Origin: Escherichia coli
Lineage (GTDB): Bacteria; Pseudomonadota; Gammaproteobacteria; Enterobacterales; Enterobacteriaceae
DNA: 64,000 nucleotides
Reading direction: 5' to 3' (one strand)
NCBI RefSeq assembly: GCF_003334335.1
Contig: NZ_QOWQ01000022.1
Shown here: positions 1 to 14,133 of the stretch, piece by piece
How the letters are laid out: every line of letters begins with the position of its first letter
Position numbering within the stretch: the stretch's first letter is position 1
The notes under the pieces: model-generated
The model's database searches: none
Seen by the model: the letters and a program-made list of their open reading frames with translations, nothing else
What the model was told of the DNA's origin: nothing
Program-made: the position numbers and the translations under genes

Positions 1-273
1 CAGTATGGCTATTTTGTTCTGCCGTTATTACATCGTGGGCAATTAGTTGGGCGAATGGATGCCAAAATGCATCGCCAGACAGGCATCCTTGAAGTTATCT
101 CTCTGTGGTTACAGGAAGGTATTAAACCAACGACAACGCTGCAAAAAGGGCTACGTCAGGCGATTACTGATTTCGCTAACTGGCAGCAGGCAACGCGGGT
201 GACATTAGGATGCTGCCCGCAAGGCCTCTTTACTGATTGCCGCACCGGCTGGGAAATAGACCCCGTCGTATAA
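1..273 (+). CDS. ycaQ: 3' part of ycaQ-like gene (winged-helix DNA-binding/crosslink repair glycosylase family); 5' end lies outside the window
   Basis: Frame 1 is open from base 1 to the stop at 273 (ORF track 55..273 is the M-initiated tail); position immediately upstream of ycaR-kdsB matches K-12 order. Confidence 0.6.
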   Translation, partial: QYGYFVLPLLHRGQLVGRMDAKMHRQTGILEVISLWLQEGIKPTTTLQKGLRQAITDFANWQQATRVTLGCCPQGLFTDCRTGWEIDPVV

Positions 274-324
274 ATGATTATGATAAGATTTATGCATTCA
301 TAACCCGATCCATCTGGAGGAACT

Positions 325-1250
<926 letters not shown>

Positions 1251-1403
1251 TTTCACTTCACGACACTTCAGCCAATTTTGGGAGGAGTGTCGTACCGTTA
1301 CGATTTTCCTCAATTTTTCTTTTCAACAATTGATCTCATTCAGGTGACATCTTTTATATTGGCGCTCATTATGAAAGCAGTAGCTTTTATGAGGGTAATC
1401 TGA

Positions 1404-2297
1404 ATGGAACAGCTGCGTGCCGAATTAAGCCATTTACTGGGCGAAAAACTCAGTCGTATTGAGTGCGTCAATGAAAAAGCGGATACGGCGTTGTGGGCTT
1501 TGTATGACAGCCAGGGAAACCCAATGCCGTTAATGGCAAGAAGCTTTAGTACGCCCGGAAAAGCCCGACAACTGGCATGGAAAACCACCATGCTGGCAAG
1601 AAGTGGGACTGTCCGTATGCCGACTATTTATGGTGTGATGACGCATGAAGAACACCCCGGCCCCGATGTCCTGCTACTGGAGCGGATGCGTGGTGTTTCG
1701 GTGGAGGCACCAGCCCGAACACCAGAACGCTGGGAACAACTCAAAGACCAAATCGTTGAAGCCTTACTGGCCTGGCACCGTCAGGACAGTCGCGGTTGCG
1801 TCGGCGCGGTCGACAATACTCAGGAAAATTTCTGGCCCTCATGGTACCGGCAACATGTTGAAGTGCTATGGACCACGCTCAATCAGTTCAATAACACCGG
1901 TCTGACGATGCAGGATAAGCGGATCCTGTTTCGCACTCGCGAATGTCTCCCGGCATTATTTGAAGGCTTTAACGACAATTGTGTGCTGATTCACGGTAAC
2001 TTCTGTTTACGCAGCATGTTGAAAGATTCGCGCAGCGATCAGTTACTGGCGATGGTCGGGCCGGGACTAATGCTTTGGGCACCGCGAGAATACGAACTGT
2101 TCCGACTAATGGATAATTCTCTGGCGGAAGATTTGCTCTGGAGTTACCTGCAACGCGCGCCAGTGGCGGAGTCGTTCATCTGGCGGCGTTGGTTGTATGT
2201 GTTATGGGATGAAGTTGCGCAACTGGTTAATACCGGACGATTTAGTCGGCGCAACTTCGATCTGGCATCAAAATCACTCTTGCCGTGGCTCGCCTGA
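1404..2297 (+). CDS. ycbJ: putative phosphotransferase/kinase-like protein YcbJ
   Basis: 297 aa ORF in conserved position between kdsB and elyC; 3' end overlaps convergent elyC. Confidence 0.85.
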   Translation: MEQLRAELSHLLGEKLSRIECVNEKADTALWALYDSQGNPMPLMARSFSTPGKARQLAWKTTMLARSGTVRMPTIYGVMTHEEHPGPDVLLLERMRGVSVEAPARTPERWEQLKDQIVEALLAWHRQDSRGCVGAVDNTQENFWPSWYRQHVEVLWTTLNQFNNTGLTMQDKRILFRTRECLPALFEGFNDNCVLIHGNFCLRSMLKDSRSDQLLAMVGPGLMLWAPREYELFRLMDNSLAEDLLWSYLQRAPVAESFIWRRWLYVLWDEVAQLVNTGRFSRRNFDLASKSLLPWLA

Positions 2298-3053
2298 CGA
2301 ACCTTTTAGCCACTGCCAGATACGGCCAAGCGTTTCATAGCCAACACGATCGCTATGCATCAACCAGACCGGAGAAGGGATTGCCCGTTCCCACGGGTTA
2401 AGCGGCGAGTCGATGGCCAACTGATTCGCCGGGGCTGGTAGCGGATTTAACCCTTCCTGCTGAAAAAAGATCATCGCCCGCGGCAGATGTGATGCGGAGG
2501 TCACCAGCAGGAAAGGGGCGTCACCAATCGCCTGTTTCACTGCTGCAGCTTCTTCTTCGGTATCTTTTGGCAAATCCAGGGTGATAATTTGCTCGCGCGG
2601 CACGCCCAGCGATTGCGCAACTCTGGCACCTACTTCCGCTGTACTCACCGTATTGGTTTTTGCTACGCCTCCCGTGAAGATCAGTTTTGATCCCGGATTT
2701 TCGCGCCATAAGCGAATACCTTCATTCAGGCGTGGCAGACTGTTATTGATTAAATTAGAGCTCGGTGCCCACTGCGGGTTCCAGGTATAACCACCTCCGA
2801 GCACCACGATATAGTCCACTTTTTGCGAATTATTCCATGTCGGATAGGTGCTTTCGATGGGACGCAGCAGGCGGTCGGCTACCGGTTGCAAACTCAATAA
2901 CAAGAGCGCCAGCCACCCAATGCTAATAAAAATCTTCCCGGTTTTTTGAAAACGGCTAAACCACAGCAGCGCCAGGCCAGCGCCAATAATCAACAACATC
3001 AGCGGAAGTGGCAGCAACATATTGCCAATCACTTTTTTCAGTGTAAAAAGCAT
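2274..3053 (-). CDS. elyC: envelope biogenesis factor ElyC (YcbC, DUF218 family)
   Basis: 259 aa ORF with N-terminal transmembrane segment; conserved position. Confidence 0.88.
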   Translation of the reverse strand: MLFTLKKVIGNMLLPLPLMLLIIGAGLALLWFSRFQKTGKIFISIGWLALLLLSLQPVADRLLRPIESTYPTWNNSQKVDYIVVLGGGYTWNPQWAPSSNLINNSLPRLNEGIRLWRENPGSKLIFTGGVAKTNTVSTAEVGARVAQSLGVPREQIITLDLPKDTEEEAAAVKQAIGDAPFLLVTSASHLPRAMIFFQQEGLNPLPAPANQLAIDSPLNPWERAIPSPVWLMHSDRVGYETLGRIWQWLKGSSGEPRQE

Positions 3054-3188
3054 CCTTTCTGGTTCCTTTTTTAACCATATAGCAAGGGATCGCCAGCGAT
3101 ATTACACCAGACGGGTTCATTCTCGCCGTGGCTGTGACAAAATAGCGTCTTTATCAGAAAACGTCTTAGCCAACCGGTGGAGAAAGCA

Positions 3189-3974
3189 ATGCAGGATCGC
3201 AATTTTGATGATATTGCGGAAAAGTTTTCCCGTAACATTTACGGCACCACCAAAGGGCAGCTTCGACAGGCTATTCTGTGGCAGGATCTCGATCGCGTGC
3301 TGGCGGAAATGGGCCCGCAAAAACTGCGTGTGCTGGATGCTGGCGGTGGAGAAGGGCAGACCGCAATCAAAATGGCCGAGCGTGGGCATCAGGTCATTTT
3401 ATGCGATCTTTCTGCGCAGATGATCGACCGCGCAAAACAGGCGGCAGAAGCAAAAGGTGTGAGCGACAACATGCAATTTATACATTGCGCCGCTCAGGAT
3501 GTTGCTTCGCATTTGGAAACGCCCGTTGATCTGATATTGTTCCATGCGGTGCTCGAGTGGGTGGCTGATCCCCGCAGCGTATTGCAGACCCTGTGGTCAG
3601 TGTTGCGTCCAGGCGGCGTGTTGTCGTTAATGTTCTACAATGCGCATGGTTTGTTGATGCATAACATGGTCGCCGGGAATTTTGATTACGTGCAGGCGGG
3701 AATGCCGAAAAAGAAAAAACGGACGCTTTCGCCAGATTATCCACGCGACCCGGCGCAGGTTTATCTGTGGCTGGAAGAAGCTGGTTGGCAAATTATGGGT
3801 AAGACAGGCGTTCGCGTGTTTCATGATTATCTGCGCGAGAAACACCAGCAGCGCGACTGCTATGAAGCATTACTTGAATTAGAAACGCGTTATTGCCGTC
3901 AGGAACCGTATATTACCCTGGGGCGTTATATTCATGTCACCGCGCGCAAACCGCAGAGCAAGGATAAAGTATGA
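3189..3974 (+). CDS. cmoM: SAM-dependent methyltransferase CmoM (formerly SmtA), tRNA cmo5U methyl ester formation
   Basis: ORF 3177..3974; start moved to second ATG (MQDRNFDD) to match known 261 aa protein; SAM motif LDAGGGEG; stop overlaps mukF start. Confidence 0.9.
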
Positions 3975-5293
3975 GTGAATTTTCCCAGACAGTCCCCGAA
4001 CTGGTTGCCTGGGCCAGAAAAAATGACTTCTCCATCTCGCTGCCGGTAGACCGACTCTCTTTTCTGCTGGCGGTTGCCACGCTGAACGGCGAGCGTCTGG
4101 ATGGTGAGATGAGTGAAGGCGAGCTGGTGGATGCATTCCGCCATGTGAGTGATGCGTTTGAGCAAACCAGCGAAACCATCGGCGTGCGCGCCAATAACGC
4201 GATCAACGACATGGTGCGTCAACGTCTGCTGAACCGCTTTACCAGCGAGCAGGCGGAAGGGAACGCAATTTACCGTCTGACGCCGCTCGGCATCGGCATT
4301 ACTGACTACTACATCCGTCAGCGCGAGTTTTCTACGCTGCGTCTTTCTATGCAGTTGTCGATTGTGGCGGGTGAGCTCAAACGCGCAGCAGATGCCGCCG
4401 AAGAGGGCGGTGATGAATTTCACTGGCACCGTAATGTCTATGCGCCACTGAAATATTCGGTAGCAGAAATTTTCGACAGTATCGACCTGACGCAACGTCT
4501 GATGGACGAACAGCAGCAGCAGGTGAAGGACGATATCGCCCAGTTGCTGAACAAAGACTGGCGGGCGGCGATTTCCAGCTGTGAATTGTTGCTTTCGGAA
4601 ACTTCCGGAACGCTGCGTGAATTGCAGGATACGCTGGAAGCGGCAGGCGACAAATTGCAGGCTAATCTGTTGCGCATTCAGGATGCGACGATGACCCATG
4701 ACGATCTGCATTTCGTCGATCGTCTGGTGTTCGATCTGCAGAGCAAACTCGATCGTATTATCAGTTGGGGCCAGCAATCCATCGACTTGTGGATTGGCTA
4801 CGACCGCCACGTACACAAATTTATTCGTACCGCGATCGATATGGATAAAAACCGCGTCTTTGCTCAGCGGTTACGTCAGTCGGTACAAACCTATTTTGAT
4901 GAGCCGTGGGCGCTAACTTATGCCAATGCCGATCGTCTGCTGGATATGCGTGACGAAGAGATGGCACTGCGCGATGAAGAAGTGACTGGGGAACTTCCTG
5001 AGGATCTGGAATACGAAGAGTTTAACGAGATCCGCGAACAGCTGGCGGCGATCATCGAAGAACAACTTGCCGTGTACAAAACCAGACAAGTGCCGCTGGA
5101 TCTTGGTCTGGTGGTACGCGAATATCTGTCACAGTATCCGCGTGCACGTCACTTTGACGTTGCGCGTATTGTTATTGATCAGGCGGTACGTCTTGGCGTA
5201 GCGCAAGCAGATTTCACCGGACTGCCAGCGAAATGGCAGCCGATTAATGATTACGGAGCCAAGGTACAGGCGCATGTCATCGACAAATATTGA
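3971..5293 (+). CDS. mukF: chromosome partition protein MukF (kleisin of MukBEF condensin)
   Basis: 440 aa ORF, recognised MukF sequence; operon with mukE/mukB. Confidence 0.96.
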
Positions 5294-5978
5294 ACAAGTG
5301 ATGCCGGTTAAGCTGGCGCAGGCGCTGGCGAATCCGTTATTTCCGGCGCTGGACAGCGCCTTACGTTCAGGACGCCATATTGGCCTCGACGAACTGGATA
5401 ATCATGCATTCCTGATGGATTTTCAGGAATATCTGGAAGAGTTTTACGCGCGTTATAACGTTGAGCTTATTCGCGCACCAGAAGGGTTCTTCTATTTACG
5501 CCCACGTTCCACCACGCTGATCCCTCGTTCCGTCTTGTCGGAACTGGATATGATGGTCGGGAAAATCCTCTGTTATCTCTATCTCAGCCCGGAACGGCTG
5601 GCGAATGAGGGGATTTTCACCCAGCAGGAACTGTACGACGAACTGCTCACCCTGGCCGATGAAGCAAAACTGCTGAAACTGGTGAACAACCGTTCAACCG
5701 GTTCAGACGTTGACCGTCAGAAGTTGCAGGAGAAAGTACGTTCTTCGCTCAACCGTCTGCGTCGTTTAGGCATGGTGTGGTTTATGGGCCACGACAGCAG
5801 CAAGTTTCGCATTACCGAATCGGTGTTCCGCTTCGGAGCCGATGTGCGTGCTGGCGACGATCCCCGTGAAGCACAGCGTCGCCTGATTCGTGATGGCGAA
5901 GCAATGCCGATTGAAAATCATCTGCAACTCAACGATGAAACCGAAGAGAATCAGCCAGATAGCGGAGAGGAAGAATAA
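5274..5978 (+). CDS. mukE: chromosome partition protein MukE
   Basis: ORF 5247..5978; start placed at MSSTNIEQ (234 aa); overlaps mukF end and mukB start. Confidence 0.93.
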
Positions 5979-8900
5979 TGATTGAACGCGGTAAATTTCG
6001 CTCACTGACGCTGATTAACTGGAACGGCTTTTTTGCCCGAACTTTTGACCTTGACGAGCTGGTCACGACGCTTTCTGGCGGTAACGGGGCGGGTAAATCC
6101 ACCACCATGGCGGCGTTCGTTACGGCGCTGATCCCCGACCTGACCCTGCTGCATTTCCGTAACACTACGGAAGCCGGGGCCACCAGCGGTTCGCGCGATA
6201 AAGGTCTGCACGGTAAGCTGAAAGCGGGTGTCTGTTATTCGATGCTCGACACCATTAACTCGCGCCACCAGCGCGTGGTGGTCGGTGTGCGTCTGCAACA
6301 GGTTGCCGGACGCGATCGTAAAGTGGATATCAAGCCGTTTGCCATTCAGGGACTGCCGATGTCGGTGCAGCCGACACAGCTGGTGACCGAAACCCTGAAC
6401 GAACGCCAGGCGCGCGTGCTGCCGCTTAACGAGCTGAAAGACAAGCTCGAGGCGATGGAAGGCGTGCAGTTTAAACAGTTCAACTCCATTACTGATTACC
6501 ACTCGCTGATGTTCGATCTGGGCATCATCGCGCGTCGTCTGCGCTCCGCATCTGACCGTAGCAAATTCTATCGTCTGATCGAAGCTTCGCTGTATGGCGG
6601 GATCTCCAGTGCCATTACCCGTTCTCTGCGCGACTACCTGTTGCCAGAAAACAGCGGCGTGCGTAAAGCGTTCCAGGACATGGAAGCGGCGCTGCGTGAA
6701 AACCGTATGACGCTGGAAGCGATTCGTGTCACCCAGTCGGACCGCGACCTGTTTAAGCATCTGATCAGCGAAGCCACCAACTACGTGGCGGCGGACTACA
6801 TGCGTCACGCCAACGAGCGCCGTGTCCATCTCGACAAAGCCCTGGAGTTTCGTCGCGAGCTACATACTTCGCGTCAGCAACTGGCGGCTGAGCAGTACAA
6901 ACACGTCGATATGGCGCGTGAGCTGGCAGAGCACAACGGTGCCGAAGGCGATCTGGAAGCGGATTATCAGGCGGCCAGTGATCACCTGAACCTGGTGCAA
7001 ACCGCACTGCGTCAGCAGGAGAAGATCGAACGCTACGAAGCGGATCTCGATGAGCTGCAGATCCGTCTGGAAGAGCAAAATGAAGTGGTGGCAGAAGCCA
7101 TCGAACGCCAGGAAGAGAATGAGGCTCGTGCGGAAGCTGCCGAACTGGAAGTGGACGAGCTGAAAAGCCAGCTTGCTGACTACCAGCAGGCGCTGGACGT
7201 CCAGCAAACGCGCGCGATCCAGTATAACCAGGCGATTGCTGCGCTTAATCGTGCCAAAGAACTGTGCCATCTGCCGGACTTAACCGCCGACTGCGCCGCC
7301 GAATGGCTGGAAACCTTCCAGGCGAAAGAGCTGGAAGCGACTGAAAAAATGCTCTCTCTTGAGCAGAAAATGAGCATGGCGCAAACCGCGCACAGCCAGT
7401 TTGAGCAGGCTTATCAGCTGGTGGTGGCAATCAACGGCCCACTGGCGCGTAACGAGGCGTGGGATGTCGCTCGCGAACTATTGCGCGAAGGGGTCGATCA
7501 GCGTCACCTGGCAGAGCAGGTTCAGCCGCTGCGGATGCGATTAAGCGAACTGGAACAGCGTCTACGCGAGCAGCAAGAAGCTGAGCGTCTGCTGGCAGAT
7601 TTCTGCAAACGTCAGGGCAAGAATTTTGATATCGACGAACTGGAAGCCCTGCATCAGGAACTGGAAGCACGCATTGCCTCTCTTTCCGATAGCGTGTCTA
7701 ACGCCCGTGAAGAGCGCATGGCACTGCGCCAGGAGCAGGAACAGCTGCAGTCTCGCATTCAGAGTTTGATGCAGCGTGCGCCGGTTTGGCTGGCAGCGCA
7801 AAACAGTCTCAACCAGTTGAGCGAACAGTGCGGCGAAGAGTTTACCTCCAGCCAGGACGTCACCGAATATCTGCAACAGTTGCTGGAGCGTGAGCGAGAG
7901 GCGATTGTTGAACGCGATGAAGTGGGCGCGCGCAAAAACGCCGTCGATGAAGAGATCGAACGTTTAAGCCAGCCTGGCGGCTCTGAAGATCAGCGTCTGA
8001 ACGCGCTGGCGGAGCGTTTTGGTGGTGTGCTGCTGTCAGAAATTTATGACGACGTTAGCCTGGAAGATGCGCCGTACTTCTCAGCGCTGTATGGCCCGTC
8101 ACGCCACGCCATCGTGGTGCCAGATCTGTCACAGGTAACTGAACACCTGGAAGGCTTGACCGATTGCCCGGAAGATCTCTATCTGATCGAAGGAGATCCG
8201 CAGTCATTCGATGACAGCGTGTTCAGCGTTGATGAGCTGGAAAAAGCGGTAGTGGTGAAAATCGCCGATCGTCAGTGGCGTTATTCACGTTTCCCGGAAG
8301 TGCCGCTGTTTGGTCGTGCTGCGCGTGAAAGCCGTATTGAAAGCCTCCATGCCGAGCGTGAAGTGCTTTCCGAACGCTTCGCCACGCTCTCCTTTGATGT
8401 ACAGAAAACTCAGCGTCTGCATCAGGCGTTCAGCCGCTTTATCGGCAGTCATCTGGCGGTTGCGTTTGAGTCTGACCCGGAAGCAGAAATCCGTCAACTG
8501 AACAGCCGTCGCGTCGAACTGGAGCGGGCGTTAAGTAATCATGAAAATGATAACCAGCAGCAGCGTATTCAGTTTGAGCAGGCGAAAGAGGGCGTTACGG
8601 CGCTGAACCGCATTCTGCCGCGTCTCAACCTGTTGGCTGATGACAGCCTGGCGGATCGCGTCGATGAAATCCGCGAACGTCTGGATGAAGCCCAGGAAGC
8701 CGCGCGTTTTGTTCAGCAGTTTGGCAATCAACTGGCGAAACTGGAACCGATTGTTTCGGTATTGCAGAGCGACCCGGAACAGTTCGAACAGTTAAAAGAA
8801 GATTACGCGTACTCTCAGCAGATGCAGCGCGATGCCCGTCAGCAGGCGTTTGCCCTGACGGAAGTGGTGCAGCGTCGTGCGCACTTTAGCTATTCTGACT

Positions 8901-10438
8901 CGGCAGAAATGCTTAGCGGTAACAGCGATCTCAACGAAAAACTGCGTGAACGTCTGGAACAGGCGGAAGCGGAGCGTACCCGCGCTCGCGAAGCGTTGCG
9001 CGGTCACGCAGCGCAGTTGAGTCAGTACAACCAGGTGCTGGCTTCGCTGAAAAGTTCTTACGACACCAAAAAAGAGCTACTCAACGATCTGCAACGTGAA
9101 TTGCAGGATATCGGCGTGCGTGCTGATAGCGGGGCAGAAGAGCGGGCGCGTATTCGCCGTGACGAGCTGCATGCGCAACTGAGCAATAACCGTTCACGCC
9201 GCAATCAACTGGAAAAAGCGCTTACCTTCTGCGAAGCGGAGATGGACAACCTGACCCGCAAACTGCGCAAGCTGGAGCGGGATTACTTTGAGATGCGCGA
9301 GCAGGTAGTGACCGCCAAAGCGGGCTGGTGTGCGGTGATGCGCATGGTGAAAGATAACGGCGTTGAGCGCCGCTTACACCGTCGTGAGCTGGCTTATCTC
9401 TCCGCTGATGATTTGCGTTCCATGTCGGATAAGGCGTTAGGTGCGCTGCGTCTGGCGGTGGCGGATAACGAACATCTGCGCGACGTGCTGCGCATGTCGG
9501 AAGATCCGAAACGTCCGGAGCGTAAAATTCAGTTCTTCGTGGCGGTTTATCAGCATCTGCGTGAACGTATTCGTCAGGATATTATTCGTACCGATGATCC
9601 GGTGGAAGCTATCGAACAGATGGAGATTGAACTTAGCCGTCTGACCGAAGAATTAACCTCCCGTGAACAGAAACTGGCGATCAGTTCCCGCAGCGTGGCG
9701 AACATCATTCGCAAAACCATTCAGCGCGAGCAGAACCGTATCCGTATGCTCAACCAGGGGTTGCAGAACGTATCGTTTGGTCAGGTGAACAGCGTGCGTC
9801 TCAACGTGAACGTGCGTGAAACGCACGCCATGCTACTGGATGTGCTCTCTGAACAGCACGAGCAGCATCAGGATCTGTTTAACAGCAACCGTTTGACCTT
9901 CTCGGAAGCGCTGGCGAAACTGTATCAACGTCTTAACCCGCAGATTGATATGGGGCAGCGCACGCCGCAGACCATCGGTGAAGAACTGCTGGATTACCGC
10001 AACTATCTGGAAATGGAAGTTGAGGTTAACCGTGGTTCCGATGGCTGGCTGCGCGCAGAGTCTGGTGCATTGTCGACCGGTGAGGCGATTGGTACCGGTA
10101 TGTCGATTCTGGTGATGGTGGTACAAAGCTGGGAAGATGAATCTCGCCGCCTGCGCGGTAAAGATATCTCTCCTTGCCGCCTGCTGTTCCTCGATGAAGC
10201 AGCGCGACTGGATGCTCGTTCTATCGCCACGCTGTTTGAATTGTGTGAGCGTTTGCAAATGCAACTCATCATCGCAGCGCCGGAAAATATCAGCCCGGAG
10301 AAAGGCACCACCTATAAACTGGTGCGTAAAGTCTTCCAGAATACCGAACACGTTCATGTCGTCGGCCTGCGAGGATTTGCGCCGCAACTCCCTGAAACGC
10401 TTCCAGGAACTGACGAAGCGCCTTCTCAGGCGAGTTAA
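5978..10438 (+). CDS. mukB: chromosome partition protein MukB (SMC-like ATPase)
   Basis: 1486 aa ORF, Walker [10 protein letters not shown] near N-terminus, long coiled-coil region, C-terminal ABC signature region. Confidence 0.97.
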   Translation: MIERGKFRSLTLINWNGFFARTFDLDELVTTLSGGNGAGKSTTMAAFVTALIPDLTLLHFRNTTEAGATSGSRDKGLHGKLKAGVCYSMLDTINSRHQRVVVGVRLQQVAGRDRKVDIKPFAIQGLPMSVQPTQLVTETLNERQARVLPLNELKDKLEAMEGVQFKQFNSITDYHSLMFDLGIIARRLRSASDRSKFYRLIEASLYGGISSAITRSLRDYLLPENSGVRKAFQDMEAALRENRMTLEAIRVTQSDRDLFKHLISEATNYVAADYMRHANERRVHLDKALEFRRELHTSRQQLAAEQYKHVDMARELAEHNGAEGDLEADYQAASDHLNLVQTALRQQEKIERYEADLDELQIRLEEQNEVVAEAIERQEENEARAEAAELEVDELKSQLADYQQALDVQQTRAIQYNQAIAALNRAKELCHLPDLTADCAAEWLETFQAKELEATEKMLSLEQKMSMAQTAHSQFEQAYQLVVAINGPLARNEAWDVARELLREGVDQRHLAEQVQPLRMRLSELEQRLREQQEAERLLADFCKRQGKNFDIDELEALHQELEARIASLSDSVSNAREERMALRQEQEQLQSRIQSLMQRAPVWLAAQNSLNQLSEQCGEEFTSSQDVTEYLQQLLEREREAIVERDEVGARKNAVDEEIERLSQPGGSEDQRLNALAERFGGVLLSEIYDDVSLEDAPYFSALYGPSRHAIVVPDLSQVTEHLEGLTDCPEDLYLIEGDPQSFDDSVFSVDELEKAVVVKIADRQWRYSRFPEVPLFGRAARESRIESLHAEREVLSERFATLSFDVQKTQRLHQAFSRFIGSHLAVAFESDPEAEIRQLNSRRVELERALSNHENDNQQQRIQFEQAKEGVTALNRILPRLNLLADDSLADRVDEIRERLDEAQEAARFVQQFGNQLAKLEPIVSVLQSDPEQFEQLKEDYAYSQQMQRDARQQAFALTEVVQRRAHFSYSDSAEMLSGNSDLNEKLRERLEQAEAERTRAREALRGHAAQLSQYNQVLASLKSSYDTKKELLNDLQRELQDIGVRADSGAEERARIRRDELHAQLSNNRSRRNQLEKALTFCEAEMDNLTRKLRKLERDYFEMREQVVTAKAGWCAVMRMVKDNGVERRLHRRELAYLSADDLRSMSDKALGALRLAVADNEHLRDVLRMSEDPKRPERKIQFFVAVYQHLRERIRQDIIRTDDPVEAIEQMEIELSRLTEELTSREQKLAISSRSVANIIRKTIQREQNRIRMLNQGLQNVSFGQVNSVRLNVNVRETHAMLLDVLSEQHEQHQDLFNSNRLTFSEALAKLYQRLNPQIDMGQRTPQTIGEELLDYRNYLEMEVEVNRGSDGWLRAESGALSTGEAIGTGMSILVMVVQSWEDESRRLRGKDISPCRLLFLDEAARLDARSIATLFELCERLQMQLIIAAPENISPEKGTTYKLVRKVFQNTEHVHVVGLRGFAPQLPETLPGTDEAPSQAS

Positions 10439-10698
10439 AATTAAGGCGGCAGCAATGCCGCCTTTTCTTTTTCCGAAAACTCCGTTTCTGCACTAAAAAA
10501 GTGGCACATTACGGCGCGCTTTTCTTTAAACTTCTTTACATTAGGTTATGTAAAAACGTATCGGCGTTTATATACTGAAGATAAGCCTGATGAGTAACAG
10601 GCTTGCTCGTCATACTTTCGTGAGTATTGGCGTTGTACAGGCAAGTCGTAAAATAACAGCCTGGCTATTCAGAGTATGATAAAAACAGGGGGCAAGGG

Positions 10699-12546
10699 AT
10701 GTTGCTTAATATGATGTGTGGTCGTCGGCTGTCGGCAATCAGTTTGTGCCTGGCCGTAACATTCGCTCCACTGTTCAATGCGCAGGCCGATGAGCCTGAA
10801 GTAATCCCTGGCGACAGCCCGGTGGCTGTCAGTGAACAGGGCGAGGCACTGCCGCAGGCGCAAGCCACGGCAATAATGGCGGGGATCCAGCCATTGCCTG
10901 AAGGTGCGGCAGAAAAAGCCCGCACGCAAATCGAATCTCAATTACCCGCAGGTTACAAGCCGGTTTATCTTAACCAGCTTCAACTGTTGTATGCCGCACG
11001 CGATATGCAACCCATGTGGGAAAACCGTGATGCTGTTAAAGCCTTCCAGCAACAGCTGGCAGAGGTGGCGATTGCCGGTTTCCAGCCGCAGTTTAATAAA
11101 TGGGTAGAGTTACTGACCGATCCTGGTGTTAACGGGATGGCACGCGACGTGGTGCTCTCTGATGCGATGATGGGCTATCTCCATTTCATTGCAAATATTC
11201 CGGTCAAAGGCACTCGCTGGCTATATAGCAGTAAACCTTATGCACTTGCAACGCCGCCGCTCTCGGTGATTAACCAATGGCAGCTGGCGCTGGATAAAGG
11301 TCAATTGCCTACGTTTGTTGCAGGACTGGCACCGCAGCATCCGCAATATGCGGCGATGCATGAATCGTTACTGGCCTTACTCTGTGACACCAAACCGTGG
11401 CCCCAACTGACCGGCAAAGCAACGTTGCGCCCAGGGCAGTGGAGTAACGACGTACCGGCGTTGCGCGAAATATTGCAACGCACAGGCATGTTGGACGGGG
11501 GGCCGAAAATTACTCTACCTGGCGATGACACGCCAACTGACGCGGTAGTCAGCCCATCCGCTGTTACTGTTGAAACAGCAGAAACTAAGCCGATGGATAA
11601 GCAAACGACGTCTCGTAGTAAACCTGCGCCTGCCGTTCGCGCCGCCTACGATAATGAACTGGTGGAAGCCGTTAAACGTTTTCAGGCATGGCAAGGATTG
11701 GGGGCAGATGGTGCTATTGGCCCGGCAACACGTGACTGGTTAAACGTAACGCCCGCCCAGCGTGCTGGCGTGTTGGCTCTCAACATCCAGCGATTGCGCT
11801 TGCTGCCAACAGAGCTTTCTACCGGGATCATGGTTAACATTCCGGCCTATTCGCTGGTCTACTATCAGAACGGCAATCAGGTGCTGGATTCGCGAGTCAT
11901 TGTCGGTCGCCCCGATCGCAAAACGCCGATGATGAGCAGTGCCCTTAACAACGTAGTGGTAAACCCGCCGTGGAACGTACCTCCAACTCTGGCACGCAAA
12001 GATATTCTGCCAAAAGTGCGCAACGATCCGGGATATCTCGAAAGCCATGGCTATACGGTGATGCGCGGCTGGAACAGCAGAGAAGCGATTGACCCATGGC
12101 AGGTTGACTGGTCTACAATCACGGCCTCGAATTTACCGTTCCGCTTCCAGCAGGCTCCAGGCCCACGGAACTCGCTGGGGCGCTATAAATTCAATATGCC
12201 GAGTTCAGAGGCCATTTATTTGCATGACACGCCGAACCACAATCTGTTCAAGCGTGATACACGCGCATTGAGCTCAGGCTGTGTACGAGTGAATAAAGCT
12301 TCCGATCTGGCGAATATGCTGTTGCAGGATGCAGGCTGGAATGACAAACGTATTTCTGATGCGCTGAAGCAGGGTGATACACGTTACGTCAATATTCGGC
12401 AGTCGATTCCGGTGAATCTCTACTACCTGACGGCCTTTGTTGGTGCAGATGGTCGTACCCAGTATCGTACAGATATTTACAATTATGATCTGCCTGCGCG
12501 ATCCAGCTCGCAAATCGTATCGAAAGCGGAACAATTAATCAGGTAA
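10699..12546 (+). CDS. ldtD: L,D-transpeptidase LdtD (YcbB)
   Basis: 615 aa ORF with signal peptide and C-terminal YkuD-like domain (HDTPNHNLF...SSGCVRV). Confidence 0.93.
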   Translation: MLLNMMCGRRLSAISLCLAVTFAPLFNAQADEPEVIPGDSPVAVSEQGEALPQAQATAIMAGIQPLPEGAAEKARTQIESQLPAGYKPVYLNQLQLLYAARDMQPMWENRDAVKAFQQQLAEVAIAGFQPQFNKWVELLTDPGVNGMARDVVLSDAMMGYLHFIANIPVKGTRWLYSSKPYALATPPLSVINQWQLALDKGQLPTFVAGLAPQHPQYAAMHESLLALLCDTKPWPQLTGKATLRPGQWSNDVPALREILQRTGMLDGGPKITLPGDDTPTDAVVSPSAVTVETAETKPMDKQTTSRSKPAPAVRAAYDNELVEAVKRFQAWQGLGADGAIGPATRDWLNVTPAQRAGVLALNIQRLRLLPTELSTGIMVNIPAYSLVYYQNGNQVLDSRVIVGRPDRKTPMMSSALNNVVVNPPWNVPPTLARKDILPKVRNDPGYLESHGYTVMRGWNSREAIDPWQVDWSTITASNLPFRFQQAPGPRNSLGRYKFNMPSSEAIYLHDTPNHNLFKRDTRALSSGCVRVNKASDLANMLLQDAGWNDKRISDALKQGDTRYVNIRQSIPVNLYYLTAFVGADGRTQYRTDIYNYDLPARSSSQIVSKAEQLIR

Positions 12547-12726
12547 ATGAAGTAGTTCGGGGAAATCAGTTGTCGTAATAATTAGCATGATTGGGGGCGA
12601 TTCTCTGCAGCCCCCGTCACTGCTGGGGTTGAGTCATCTTGACGTCTGCTTTACGGGCGGTTAAGGTGCCTCTTGTGCGCCAGAAGTGCATATAAACGAT
12701 AACATTGACCTGTAGACTTGATTATC

Positions 12727-13275
12727 ATGGACAAATTCGACGCTAATCGCCGCAAATTGCTGGCGCTTGGTGGCGTTGCACTCGGTGCCGCCATCCTGCC
12801 GACCCCTGCGTTTGCAACACTCTCTACCCCACGCCCGCGCATTTTGACACTCAATAATCTTCATACCGGAGAGTCAATCAAAGCGGAGTTTTTCGATGGC
12901 AGAGGCTATATTCAGGAAGAATTGGCAAAACTTAACCATTTTTTCCGCGATTACCGCGCGAACAAAATAAAGTCCATCGACCCAGGATTATTCGACCAGT
13001 TGTATCGCCTGCAAGGGTTGTTAGGCACGCGCAAACCGGTGCAACTCATTTCCGGTTATCGTTCTATTGATACCAACAATGAACTACGCGCCCGCAGCCG
13101 TGGAGTAGCGAAGAAAAGCTATCACACTAAAGGCCAGGCGATGGATTTCCATATTGAAGGTATCGCGTTAAGCAATATTCGCAAAGCCGCGTTATCTATG
13201 CGCGCAGGTGGTGTAGGATATTATCCACGTAGTAACTTTGTGCATATTGATACCGGGCCAGCACGGCACTGGTAG
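12727..13275 (+). CDS. mepK: peptidoglycan L,D-endopeptidase MepK (YcbK, M15/DUF882), Tat signal
   Basis: ORF 12718..13275; start at MDKFDANRRKLLALGG (twin-arginine motif), 182 aa. Confidence 0.9.
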   Translation: MDKFDANRRKLLALGGVALGAAILPTPAFATLSTPRPRILTLNNLHTGESIKAEFFDGRGYIQEELAKLNHFFRDYRANKIKSIDPGLFDQLYRLQGLLGTRKPVQLISGYRSIDTNNELRARSRGVAKKSYHTKGQAMDFHIEGIALSNIRKAALSMRAGGVGYYPRSNFVHIDTGPARHW

Positions 13276-13301
13276 TAATTGCTTAACGAAACAGGGGCAG
13301 T

Positions 13302-13949
13302 ATGAACTATCGTATTATTCCGGTCACCGCATTCTCCCAGAACTGTTCATTAATCTGGTGTGAACAAACCCGTCTGGCCGCACTGGTCGATCCTGGCGGC
13401 GATGCGGAAAAAATCAAACAGGAAGTTGATGACAGCGGCCTGACACTGATGCAGATCCTGCTGACGCATGGTCATCTGGACCACGTTGGCGCAGCGGCGG
13501 AACTGGCGCAACATTACGGCGTGCCGGTTTTCGGCCCGGAAAAAGAAGATGAGTTCTGGCTGCAAGGCTTGCCTGCGCAAAGTCGTATGTTTGGTCTGGA
13601 AGAGTGCCAGCCGCTGACGCCAGATCGTTGGCTGAACGAAGGCGATACCATCAGCATAGGGAATGTGACTTTACAGGTGTTACATTGCCCTGGGCATACG
13701 CCGGGTCATGTCGTGTTTTTTGATGATCGGGCAAAGCTGCTGATTTCTGGCGATGTTATTTTCAAAGGCGGAGTAGGGCGCAGTGACTTCCCGCGTGGCG
13801 ATCATAATCAACTGATTTCTTCAATCAAAGATAAATTGCTGCCACTGGGGGATGACGTGATATTTATTCCGGGTCACGGACCATTATCCACACTTGGTTA
13901 TGAACGCCTGCATAATCCCTTCCTGCAAGACGAAATGCCCGTCTGGTAA
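13302..13949 (+). CDS. gloC: metallo-beta-lactamase fold hydrolase GloC (YcbL), hydroxyacylglutathione hydrolase
   Basis: 215 aa ORF with HxHxDH motif (THGHLDHVG). Confidence 0.9.
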
Positions 13950-13956
13950 GGCACAT

Positions 13957-13983
13957 AAAAAAGCCCGCTTTTAATGCGGGCCT
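13957..13983 (-). terminator. hairpin GCCCGC-loop-GCGGGC with U-run on minus strand; candidate distal aspC terminator
   Basis: Inverted repeat at 13962-13981 preceded on plus strand by A6. Confidence 0.4.
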
Positions 13984-14012
13984 GGATTTCTGGCAAAGTG
14001 CGCTTTGTTTAT

Positions 14013-14112
14013 GCCGGATGCGGCACGAGCGCCTTATCCGGCCTACAAAATCGTGCAAATTCAAAATATTGCAGGGGACGCGTAGGCCTGATAAGCGTAG
14101 CGCATCAGGCAA
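14013..14112. repeat. REP/BIME element (two inverted REP copies) between gloC and aspC
   Basis: gccggatgcggcacgagcgccttatccggcctaca and inverted copy gtaggcctgataagcgtagcgcatcaggca match the REP consensus. Confidence 0.8.
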
Positions 14113-14133
14113 TGTTGCGTTTGTCATCAGTCT

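Noticed and set aside
3022-3423. 133 aa ORF spanning the elyC start and the cmoM 5' region
   Set aside because: Overlaps two recognised genes and their intergenic promoter region; no supporting features.
6002-6829. 275 aa antisense ORF inside mukB (similar long antisense ORFs at 3932..4816 in mukF, 21236..22054 in pepN, 37461..38651 in rlmL and 15804..16592 in ompF)
   Set aside because: Each lies fully within a well-recognised conserved gene on the opposite strand and has no recognisable protein features; these look like shadow ORFs of long coding regions.
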